From Prorocentrum cordatum (taxonomy: Eukaryota), in the NCBI GenBank assembly GCA_963575745.1, contig CAUYUJ010000250.1:62001-116314 (forward strand): a stretch of DNA of 54,314 nt. Direction: 5' to 3'. The first letter of the stretch is position 1. Every line of letters starts with the position of its first letter. The position numbers and the translations under genes are program-made. Below the pieces are notes generated by a model. The model worked only from the letters and a program-made list of their open reading frames with translations. It did no database searches and had not been told where the DNA came from. Positions 35,750 through 46,689 of this stretch are shown here, in pieces.

Positions 35750-36935
35750 GGGGCCACGATCCTTGTGAGGCGTGTGCCGAAATGGACCGAGGCCGCCAGG
35801 CGAACCCTGCCACTGGCGCCTTCGGTGGAGCTCCCATGGGGCCACGATCCTCGTGAGGCGTGTGCCGAAACGGACCGAGGCCCCCAGGCGAACCCTGCCA
35901 CTGGCGCCTTCGGTGGAGCTCCCTATAGGGCTACGATCCTCGTCAGGGGTGTGCCGAAATGGCCCGAGACCGCCATTCGAACCCTGCCACTGGCGCCTTC
36001 GGTGGAGCTCAGATGGGGCCACGATCCTCGTGAGGCGTGTGCCGAAATGGACCGAGGCCGCCATGCGAACCCTGCCACTGGCACCTTCGGTGGAGCTCCC
36101 ATGGGGCCACGATCCACGTGAGGCGTGTGCCGAAACGGACCGAGGCCGCCAGGCGAACCCTGCCACTGGGGCCTTCGGTGGAGCTCCCTACAGGGCCCCG
36201 ATCCTCGCGAGGGGTGTGCCGAAATGGCCCGAGGCCGCCATGCGAACCCTGCCACTGGCGCCTTCGGTGGAGCTCAGATGGGGCCACGATCCTCGTGAGG
36301 CGTGTGCCGAAATGGACCGAGGCCGCCATGCGAACCCTGCCACTGGGGCCTTCGGTGGAGCTCCCTATGGGGCCACGATCCTCGTCAGGCGTGTGCCGAA
36401 ATGGACCGAGGCCGCCATGCGAATCCTGCCACTGGCGCCTTCGGTGGAGCTCAGATGGGGCCACGATCCTCGTGAGGCGTGTGCCGAAATGGACCGAGGC
36501 CGCCAGGCGAACCCTGCCACTGGCGCCTTCGGTGGAGCTCCCTATGGGGCCACGATCCTCGTGAGGCGTGTGCCGAAATGGCCCGAGACGGCCATTCGAA
36601 CCCTGCCACTGGCGCCTTCGGTGGAGCTCAGATGGGGCCACGATCCTCGCGAGGGGTGTGCCGAAATGGCCCGAGGCCGCCATGCGAACCCTGCCACTGG
36701 CGCCTTCGGTGGAGCTCAGATGGGGCCACGATCCTCGTGAGGCGTGTGCCGAAATGGACCGAGGCCGCCAGGCGAACCCTGCCACTGGCGCCTTCGGTGG
36801 AGCTCCGATGGGGCCACGATCCTCGCGAGGGGTGTGCCGAAATGGCCCGAGGCCGCCATGCGAACCCTGCCACTGGGGCCTTCGGTGGAGCTTCCGATTG
36901 GGTCACGAAACGCTGTACTGGGTGTGCCGAAACAG
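35748..36935. repeat. 88-89-bp tandem satellite, ~13 copies
   Basis: Unit ggggccacgatcctcgtgaggcgtgtgccgaaatggaccgaggccgcca(t/g)gcgaaccctgccactggcgccttcggtggagctc. Confidence 0.95.
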
Positions 36936-37129
36936 AGACGCAGGGAGGAGGGAGGACGAGGAGGAGGAGGAGTAGGAGGAGGAGGAGGAGGAGGAGGAGG
37001 AGGGAGGAAGGAGGCGGGAGGAGCAGAACGCGGGGCGCCGTCTCTTCAAAACGAGGACCCAACACCACAGGATGGTTGGGAATAAGAAGACCCTCATCTT
37101 AAGATATGGGGAAACATTGCCCAGAAACC

Positions 37130-37310
37130 GGTGAGCCAACCAGCCAGCAAACCAGCCAACCAACTCACCAACCAACCAACCGCCCAAGCAATCAACAACC
37201 AATCCATCAACCAACCCACCAACCAATCGCCGCCCAACCAAACAACCGACCAACCAACCACCCCGAATCTGGCGAGCCAACGAGCCAACCAACCCACGAA
37301 CCGACCAGTC
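37130..37310. repeat. (CCAA)n microsatellite
   Basis: Directly visible. Confidence 0.85.
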
Positions 37311-37439
37311 CTTCCCAAAGGATGTTTGGAGGATGTCCCACGCCGCGGGGCCGTGAACTAATTGTGGACCTGGAAAATTCCCTTGACCCTGAACGTCAAA
37401 GAACGACCCTGAAATCAAAAATGTGTCTAACCCTTCTCC

Positions 37440-37890
37440 CGTAGGGCGGGCAGATACTGACGTGCAGGTCGGGCGGGCGAACGCTGACAGGCGGGTCGGG
37501 CGGGCAGACCGTAACGGGCGTGTCGGGCAGGAGGGCCCTAATGGGCGAATTTCGAAAAATGTTCAGAAACCTCAGGCGAAAACACGATGCCTGAGAAGCG
37601 TGTCAGGAGGCCTCGTGCGGGAGCGCGATTCATAGACGTCGAGGGCGCGGCGTCTGAAGAAGTTACCAGGGACTCCGAAGCGAGAACGCAATGCCAGGCA
37701 AAACTCTGGCGAAATACCCCCCGAGACCCGACATCGCGATTCCGAAACAATTTGTGAGGAAATCCCAGGCGGGAGCCGCTGCTGTTGCAAGTCGAAGGCC
37801 GAAAGCACAGGTGTGGAGACCAGATACGTTCACTGATGAAGAAACTGGGTGCGAGCCCCTGGGGGGACCTCAACTGCAAAAAAATAAGCA
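37440..37890 (+). repeat. Dispersed copy of the 20320-24660 repeat family
   Basis: Shares tcgggcggg(c/t)agacc, gtcgagggcgcggcgt and gtgaggaa…caggcgggagccg blocks in the same order. Confidence 0.7.
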
Positions 37891-38387
37891 CCCGACGATC
37901 GGGACCAACGAGACTTCCCCAAACAGTGGCCACTTCATCGCTGCCCGTCGCCTGGGCTCGTGTGTCAGTCTGGTGGCTCCGTGCCGGCCGGCGCCGCCCC
38001 GTCGCCGACTCGTCGCCGCCTCGTCGCCGTCGTCATCGCGTTGGGCTGCTTTGCGTTGCATTGTGTATGCATTGCTCTGTCCTGCTCTGCACTGCTGCGC
38101 ATTGCGAAGAGAAGCCTTTCTGTGCCTGGCCTTGTGTGGGACTGCTTTGCCTTGCGGTGCGTTGCTGTACGTTGCTTTGCCTTGCTTCGCTTTGCTACGC
38201 CGTGCTTAGCGCTGCCCTGCGTTGCCACTGCATTGCGTTGCATTGCTCGTCGTTGCTTTGCTTTGCCTTGCACTGCTTGCCATTGCAAAGTGAAGCCGCC
38301 TCGTCGCCGCCCTAGATTCTCCTTTCTAAAGAGAGAATAGACTCGACCCCCCCCCCCCGACTTAACGCTTCCCCCTGGGATAATATA

Positions 38388-38434
<47 letters not shown>

Positions 38435-39398
38435 TCCACACTCGTCCATCCGAAATATGAAATCAGACCATCCCAGGCAGGCCGGTTTCCTACCCCCTGA
38501 GGTTCCCTTGTAAAAAAAACATTATCCCGGCAAAGCAACCTAACAGCGATGTGTAGGAGCATATCTGGAAGCATTCCCCTTAAGATTCAGATGAGAATCC
38601 AGTTGTAGAATTGTGCTGTTCTCGCAGTCGTAGTCGCATTCGCGATGACAGTCGCAGCGGCAACGGCAGTCGCAGTCACAGCCTCAGCCTCAGCCTGCCT
38701 CCTCCTCCTCCTCCTCCTCTTTCTCCTGCTCCTCCTCCTCCTCCTCCTCCTCCTCCTCCTCCTCCTCCTCCTCCTGCTCGTCCTCGTTCTCGTCCTCCTC
38801 GTCTTGCTCGTCCTCCTCCTCCTGGTGCTCTCTCCTCCTCCTCCTCCTCCTCCTCCTCCTCCTCCTCCTCCTCCTCCTGGGTGGTCCTCGTTCTCCTCCT
38901 CCTGGTGCTCTCCCCCCCCCTCCTCCTCCTCGTCCTCCTCCTCCTCCTCCTCCTCCTCGTCCTCCTCCTCCCTCCTCCTCCTCCTCCTCCTCCTCCTCCT
39001 CCTCCTCCTCCTGGTAGTCCTCCCCCTCCCCTCCTCCTCCTCCTCCTCCTCCTCATGTGTAGGAGCATATCTGGAAGCATTCCCCTTAAGATTCAGATGA
39101 GAATCCAGTTGTAGAATTGTGCTGTTCTCGCAGTCGTAGTCGCATTCGCGATGACAGTCGCAGTGGCAACGGCAGTCACAGACACAGCCTCAGCCTCAGC
39201 CTCAGCCTCAGCCTCAGCCTGCCTCAGCCTCAGCCTGCCTCAGCCTCAGCCTCAGCCTGCTTCAGCCTCAGCCTCAGTCTGCCTTCAGCCTCGGCGTCAG
39301 CCTCAGGCCCTCAGCCTCAGCCTGCATCAGCCTCAGCCTCAGCCTCAGCCTCAGCCTCAGCATCAGCCTGCCTCAGCCTCAGCCTCAGCCTGCCTCAG

Positions 39399-39900
39399 CA
39401 TTCAAAATGTGGCCCGGGAATGTAGTTCTGGGAACTCGAAGAACACGAAGTGGCCTACAGTTGGCTCCGGGCATTCAAATTCATGCCCAGGAATGGAGTT
39501 CTGGGAACTCGAAGACCACGAAGTGGCCTACAGTTGGCTCCGGGCATCCAAAATGTGGCCCGGGAATGGAGTTCTGGGAACTCGAAGACCACGAAGTGGC
39601 CTACAGTTGGCTCCGGGCATCCAAAATCTGGCCCGGGAATGGAGTTCTGGGAACTCGAAGAGCACGAAGTGGCCTACAGTTGGCTCCAGGCATTCAAAAT
39701 GTGGCCCGGGAATGGAGTTCTGGGAACTCGAAGAGCACGAAGTGGCCTACAGTTGGCTCCGGGCATTCAAAATGTGGCCCGGGAATGGAGTTCTGGGAAG
39801 TCAAAGAGCACGAAGTGTGTGACTGTTGCATCCGGTTATTCAGAATGTGGCCTGGGAATGGGGTTCTGAGAGGTCGACGAGCACGAAGTGTGTGACTGTT
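39399..39900. repeat. 73-bp tandem repeat array 1 (~7 copies), preceded by (CAGCCT)n at 39185-39398
   Basis: Unit attcaaaatgtggcccgggaatggagttctgggaactcgaagagcacgaagtggcctacagttggctccgggc. Confidence 0.93.
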
Positions 39901-41171
39901 GGTGAAAAACAAGCCCGGCACAGGCCCGGCCGGCAACTCCCAACGCCTGCCCGGACCCCCCTGTGGAGTGATCTGTGAGCTCTTTTGAGTCAACTAGAAA
40001 CCTATCAGTCTACGCTGTTAGGTAACTATGCGGTGACATTTTGTGTTCTAACATCGCACTTTTTTCACGAATCCCTTGCCAAAAATGAAACGAAGTGCAC
40101 ACGCGCGCCGTCGCGCGCGCATGCCGAAATCCTTCAAAAACCGTCGGTTCCGGAGAGATTTCAAAATTGAATTTCCAAAAAAGATATTATCCCGGCAAAG
40201 CAACCTAACAGCGATGTGTAGAAGCATATCTGAAAGCATTCCCCTTAAGATTCAGATGAAAATCCAGTTGTCGAATTCTGCTGTTCTCGCAGTCGTAGTC
40301 GCATTCGCGATGACAGTCGCAGCGGCAACGGCAGTCGCAGTCACAGCCTCAGCATCAGCCTGCCTCCTCCTCCTCCTCTTTCTCCTGCTCCTCCTCCTCC
40401 TCCTCCTCCTCCTCCTCCTCCTCCTCCTCCTCCTCCTCCTCCTCTTCCTCCTGCTCGTCCTCGTTCTCGTCCTCCTCGTCTTGCTCGTCCTCCTCCTCCT
40501 GGTGCTCTCTCCTCCTCCTCCTCCTCCTCCTCCTCCTCCTCCTCCTGGTGGTCCTCGTTCTCCTCCTCCTGGTGCTCTCCCCCCCCCTCCTCCTCCTCGT
40601 CCTCCTCCTCCTCCTCCTCCTCGTCCTCCTCCTCCTCTCCTCTCCTCCTCCTCCTCCTCCTCCTCCTCCTCCTGGTAGTCCTCCCCCTCCCCTCCTCCTC
40701 CTCCTCCTCCTCTTCCTGGTCGTCCCGTCTCGTCCTCCTCGTCTTGCTCGTCCTCCTCCTCCTGGTGCTCCTCCTCCTCCTCCTCCTCCTCCTCCTCCTC
40801 CTCCTCCTCCTCCTCCTCCTCCTCCTCCTCCTGGTGGTCCTCGTTCTCCTCCTCCTGGTACTCTCCCCCCCCCTCCTCCTCCTCCTCCTCGTCCTCGTCC
40901 TCCTCCTCCTCCTCCTCCTCCCTCCTCCTCCTCCTCCTCCTCCTCCTCCTCCTCCTCCTCCTCCTGGTACTCCTCCCCCTCCCCTCCTCCTCCTCCTCCT
41001 CCTCTTCCTGGTCGTCCTCCTCCTCCTGGTCGTCCTCCTCCTCCTGCTCGTCCTCCTCCTCCTCCTGCTCGTCCTTCTTTTCCTGCTCCTCCTGCTCCTC
41101 GTCCTGCTCCTGCTCGTCCTCGTCCTCCTGGTCTTGCTCGTCCTCCTCCTCGTCGTGCTCTTGCCCCTGCT

Positions 41172-41735
41172 GAAAATGTGGCCCAGGAATGGAAGTTCTG
41201 GGAAGTCGAAGAGCACGAAATGCCTACAGTTGGCTACGGGCATTCAAAATGTGGCCCGGGAATGGAGTTCTGGGAACTCGAAGAGCACGAAGTGGCCTAC
41301 AGTTGGCTCCGGGCATTCAAAATGTGGCCCGGGAATGGAGTTCTGGGAACTCGAAGAGCACGAAGTGGCCTACAGTTGGCTCCGGGCATTCAAAATGTGG
41401 CCCGGGAATGGAGTTCTGGGAACTCGAAGAGCACGAAGTGGCCTACAGTTGGCTCCGGGCATCCAAAATGTGGCCCGGGAATGGAGTTCTGGGAAATAGA
41501 AGAGCACGAAGTGTGTGACTGTTGCATCCGGGCATCCAAATGTGGCCCGGGAATGGAGTTCTGGGAACTCGAAGAGCACGAAGTGTGTGACTGTTGCATC
41601 CGGCCCTCCAGAATGTGGCCCGGGAATGGCGGATCTCGAAGAGCACGAAGTGTGTGACTGTTGCATCCGGGTATTCAGAATGTGGCCTGGGAATGGAGTT
41701 CTGGGAAGTCGAAGAGCACGAAGTGTGTGACTGTT
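41172..41735. repeat. 73-bp tandem repeat array 2 (~8 copies)
   Basis: Same unit; starts at 41242, 41315, 41388 and 41461. Confidence 0.93.
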
Positions 41736-41869
41736 GGTGAAAAACGAGCCCGGCACCCTGCCGCCCGGCAACTCCCCAACACCTGCCCGGACCCCCCTGT
41801 GGAGTGATCTGTGAGCTCTTTTGAGTCAACTAGAAACCTATCAGTCTTCGCTGTTAGGTAACAAAAACA

Positions 41870-42235
41870 CATGGTTTCGCAACACTGATTTGCTATAAAG
41901 CTTACGCGCGAGCTCTTGCGAAATCTTAAGAAAACCATGGGTTTTCCAAGATTTTCACAAACTGCTACCAAACGGGCTTCGCGCGCGCGCATGTCGAAAT
42001 GCCCTTGCGCGTGTGCCGTCGCGAGAATCCTCTGCAAAAAATGAGACGAAGTGCAGACGCGCGCGTCGTCGCGGGCGTACGCCGAAATCCTTCAAAAAAC
42101 CTTAGGTTTCGGAAGGATTTCGAAATCGTGCGTCCAAAAAACCTACAAAACACACAAGGTTTCGCAACACGGGTTTTCAACAAAAGTGTGCGCGCGCGCT
42201 CTTGCGTCGTCGTCGTCGTCGTCCTCCCTCCTCCC

Positions 42236-42270
<35 letters not shown>

Positions 42271-42398
42271 TTCTGTCTTTCCTCGTCGTCGTCGTCGTCT
42301 TGGCGTCGTCGTCGCTTCCGTCGTCGTGGTCGCCGTGGTCGTCCTTCCTCCCTCGTTGTCTTCGTCGGCGTCTCGTCGTTGTCCCTCCTATTTCGTCG

Positions 42399-42429
<31 letters not shown>

Positions 42430-43725
42430 GGTCTTCACTCCTCCCTCGTCGTTATCCTCCTCCCTCGTCGTCGTCGTCCGTCGTCGGCGTCTCGTCGTCG
42501 TCCCTCCTATTTCGTCGCCGTCGTCGTCGTCTTCGTCGTCGTTGTCATCGTCGTCGTCTTCCCTCCTCCCTCGTCGTTGTCGTCGTCGGCGTCGCCGTCC
42601 TTCCTCCTTCTTCGTCGTTGGCGTCGTCGCCGTCTTCCCTCCTCCATCGTCGTTGTCGTCGTTGTCGCCGTCGTCGTTTTTTCTCCTCCCTCGTCGTCGT
42701 CTCCGTTGGCGACGTCGTCGTCGTCTTCGTCGTCGTCGTCGGCGTCGTTGTCGTCGTCGTCGGTGTCGTCGTCGTCGTTGTCGTCGTCGAAAACATTGGA
42801 GACGTCGTCGGTGTCGTCGCAGTCGGTGTCGGCGGCGCCGTCGTCGTCGATGTCGCTGTCGTCGTCGGCGTCGGTGTCGTGGCCAAGTGCCATGTGGTAC
42901 CTACCGTCACGGTCTTGTCTGAAGAGGTCTTGCGACCAAGTTGCGGGTGGGAGGGTGGGATGTTTGCACGAGCAGTGGAGAGGACAGCTTCAAGACGGTC
43001 AAGATTAGTTGCACAACATAGATTGCACCGCATAAATTGCATCACAAAGATTGCACCGCATAGACTGCACCACGTGTATTGCACCACATATCTTGCAAAA
43101 CATAAAACATTGCACCGCCATGGATTGCACCACGAGTATTGCACAACAAAGATTGCACCATATAGAGTGAGCAACACCTAGATTGCGCCACACAGACAGA
43201 CAGACTCTCCTTTCTAAAACAAGAATAGACTCGACCCCCCCCCCCCTGGGATTATCACTTCCCCATTTCGTATTGCGATTTACATATGATTCTGCCCCAC
43301 CGCCCATCCAAATATAAACTCACACCATCCCAGCCAAGCCAGTATCGGCCCCCCCGCCATTCTCTGCGAAAAAACAAACAAGGCGGGCACACCCGCTTAT
43401 AACAAAGAACAAGTTTTTAAGAATCCCTTGCAAAAAACGGGACGAAGTGCACACGCGCGCGTCGTCGCGCGCGCATGCCGAAATCCTTCAAAAATCTTCG
43501 GTTTCGCAAGGATTTCAAAATCTATGCAGTGTCCAAGCAAAATGAAAACGCAGGGTGTCGCAACACGGATTGACAAAAAAATGTGCGCGCTCTTGCGAAT
43601 TCGTAATACGACCGTCGGTTGCTCAACATGTTCATAAAATGCTACAAGACGGGCTTCGCGCGCGCATGTCGAAACCGCTCGAACGCCCTTGCGCGCGTGC
43701 CGTCGCGAGAACCCTTTTGCAAATA
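41870..43725 (+). repeat. Complex dispersed repeat family with (CGT)n core, copy set 1
   Basis: Shares gtttcgcaacacgg, cgcgcgcgtcgtcgcgcgcg, agaatagactcgacccccc and (cgt)n blocks with 46690-52830 and 38320-38520. Confidence 0.8.
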
Positions 43726-44169
43726 ACCCAGGGGCGTACCCAACTCTTTTAAGCATGCGGCGAGTATACATCGGATCGCTCAATAAAAAAGTAATCATTG
43801 AACGATCCGCAATGCCCTTGAGCGCTTCGCCAAAGAACGCTTCGTCAGATGTTTCATATGTGCGGCGCCACTCTTAAGAGTCTGATCGCTGGCAGGAGTG
43901 CGACCACAAGGGAGGGTGGAAACATGTGGAGGCGGGACGAATGGAGACATAACTCGTGGGAGTAGCAACGCGTTGCGATGTTTGCAAGACAACGCTCTGC
44001 AAGGATGCCGAACAATCTAAGGACGCAAGGGTGCCCTTGGGAGGGTTATCCGTCCTGATCCGTCCACGGGGCGACTATTAGCAGGGCTGGGATCACACCT
44101 GCCTGCGCATCATGTGTTCAGCCCTGTGCCTGACTGCCGCCGGGTTTATATACCCGGCCGTCCATGCCT

Positions 44170-46462
44170 CATGGGACTGGTGGCGAACAGCTTCGCAGAC
44201 CGCAGGCCCAGGGGACGGCGAGCTAGTTGTGATGTGCGTAAGGCGTCACTCTACTGGCCCTCCGAGGCGCCTAGGAAAGTGGCAGCAGTTTCGCAGATCC
44301 AAGAAATCCAAGGACGGCGAGGTCTCATGGCAGTCCCCGCAGGACTTCACTCTGCTGGGCTCCCCAGGAGCCCACGAAAGTGGCGACAGTTTCGCAGATC
44401 GCAGCCCCCCATGGGACGGCGAGGTCTCATGGTGACCCCCGTAGGACGTCACTTTGCTGCCCCCCCCCCCAGGAGCCCACGAAAGTGGCGGCACTTTCGC
44501 GGATCGCAGAACCCCAGGGCCTGCGAGGTCTCATGGTGATCTCTGTAGGACGTCACTCCGATGGGCCTCTCAGGAGACAACGCAAGTGGCGATAGTTTCG
44601 CAGATCGCAGCTCCCCAGGGACGGCGAAGTCTCATGGTGATCCCCTTAGGACGTCACTGTGCTGGGCTTCCCATGCGCCCACGAAAGTGGCGGCACTTTC
44701 GCAGATCGCAGAATCCCAACGACGGCGAGGACTCATGGTGATCCCCGTAGGACGTCATTCTGATGGGCTTCCCATGGGCCCACGAAAGTGGCGGCACTTT
44801 CGCGGATCGCAGAACCCCAAGGACGGCGAGGTCTCATGGTGATCCCTGTAGGACGTCATTCTGCTGGGCCTCTCAGGAGCCCACGAACATGGCGACAGTA
44901 TCGCAGATCGCAGCTCCCCAGGGACGGCGAGGTCTCATGGTGATCCCAGTAGGACGTCACTCTGCTGGGCCCCCCAAGCGCCCACGAAAGTGGCGGCAGC
45001 TTCGCAGATTGCAGCACCCCAGGGACGGCGAGGTCTCATGGTGATCCCCGTGGGACGTCATTCTGTTGGGCCTCTCAGGAGCCAACGCAAATGGCGACAG
45101 TTTCGCGGATCGCAGAACCCCAACGACGGCGAGGACTCATGGTGATCCCCTTAGGACGCCACTCTGCTGGGCTTCGCATGCGCCCACGAAAGTGGCGACA
45201 GACTTGCAGATCGCAGCCTCCCATGGGACGGCGAGGTCTCATGGTGACCCCCGTGGGACGTCACTCTGCTAAGCTTCCCGTGAGCCCACGAAAGTGGCGG
45301 CCCTTTTGCGAATCGCAGAACCCCAGGGACGGCGAGGTCTCATGGCGATCCCTGTAGGACGTCACCCCGCTGGGCTTCCCATGCGCTCACGAAAATAGCG
45401 ACAGTTTCGCAGATCGCACCTCCCCAGGGACGGCGAGGTCTCATGGTGATCCCCTTAGGACGTCACTGTGCTGGGCTTCCCATGCGCCCACGAAAGTGGC
45501 GGCACTTTCGCAGATCGCAGAACCCCAACGACGGCGAGGACTCATGGTGATCCCTGTAGGACGTCATTCTGCTGGGCCTCTCAGGAGTCCACGAAAAATG
45601 GCGACAGTTTCGCAGATCGCAGCCCCCCAGGGACGGCGAGGCCTCATGGTGATCTCCTTAGGACGTCACTCTGCTGGGCCCACCAGGAGCCCACGAAAGT
45701 GGGTGCACTTTCGCGGATCGCAAAAACCCAAGGACTGCGAGGTCTCATGGTGATCCCTGTAGGACGTCACTCCGCCGGGCCTCTCAGGAGCCCACGAAAA
45801 TGGCGACAATTTCGCAGATCGCAGAACCCCAACGACGGCGAGGACTCATGGTGATCTCCTTAGGACATCACTTTTTTCGGCCCCCCAAGCGCCCACGAAA
45901 GTGGCGGCAGCTTCGCTGATTGCAGCACCCCAGGGACGGCGAGGTCTCATGGTGATCCCCGTGGGACGTCACGCCGCTGGGCTTCCCACGAACCCACGAA
46001 AGTGGCGGCACTTTCGCGGATCGCAGCCCCCCAGGGAAGGCGAGGTCTCATGGTGACCCGTGTAGGATGTCACTCCGATGGGCCTCTCAAGAGCCAACGC
46101 AAGTGGCGACAGTTTCGCGGATCGCAGAACCCTGGGGACGGCGAGGACTCATGGTGATCCCCTTTGGACGTCACCCTGCTGGGCTGCCCATGCGCCCACG
46201 AAAGTGGAGGCAGTTTTGCAGATCGCAGCCCCCCTGGGACGGCGAGGTATCAGGGTGATCCCCGTAGGACGTCACTGTGCTGGGCTTCCCATGCGCCCAC
46301 GAAAGTGGCTACAGTTTCGCAGAACGCAACCCCCCCAGGAACGGCGAGGACTCATGGTAATCCACGTAAGACGTCATTACGATGGGCCTCCTAAGAACCC
46401 ACGAAAATGGCGACGGTCTCGCTGATCACAGCCCCCCAGGAACGGCGAGGTCCCATGGTCTC
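44170..46462. repeat. ~101-bp tandem satellite, ~23 copies
   Basis: ggacggcgaggtctcatggtgatccc…taggacgtca…cccacgaaagtggcg…tttcgcagatcgcag recurs every ~101 bp. Confidence 0.95.
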
Positions 46463-46689
46463 AGGACGGGACGAGGAGGAGGAGGAGGAGGAAGAGGAGG
46501 AGAAGAAGAAGGAAGAGACCACAGTGCTCTATTCAAAACTAGTATCCAACACAAGGAGGGTTAGGATAAAGCAGGAGGCAAAGCAGGAAGCACGAGGAGG
46601 AGAGGAGGGGAGGAAGAGGAGGAGGAGGTGGGAGGACGGACCGCGCATCGCTACATTCAGAATGAGTACCCAACTCAAGGAAGGTTGGA

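Larger units (their letters stand above)
38515..41865 (+). repeat. Tandem segmental duplication (~1.5-1.8-kb unit): conserved head + (CCT)n + 73-bp array + conserved tail
   Basis: Head atcccggcaaagcaacctaacagcgatg… at ~38524 and ~40189 (partial third copy at 39056). Tail ctgtggagtgatctgtgagctcttttgagtcaactagaaacctatcagtct at ~39961 and ~41797. Confidence 0.88.

Noticed and set aside
35748..46462. The 88-, 73- and 101-bp arrays as CRISPR arrays
   Set aside because: Whole units repeat with no unique spacers, there are no cas genes, and the context is eukaryotic; these are satellites.
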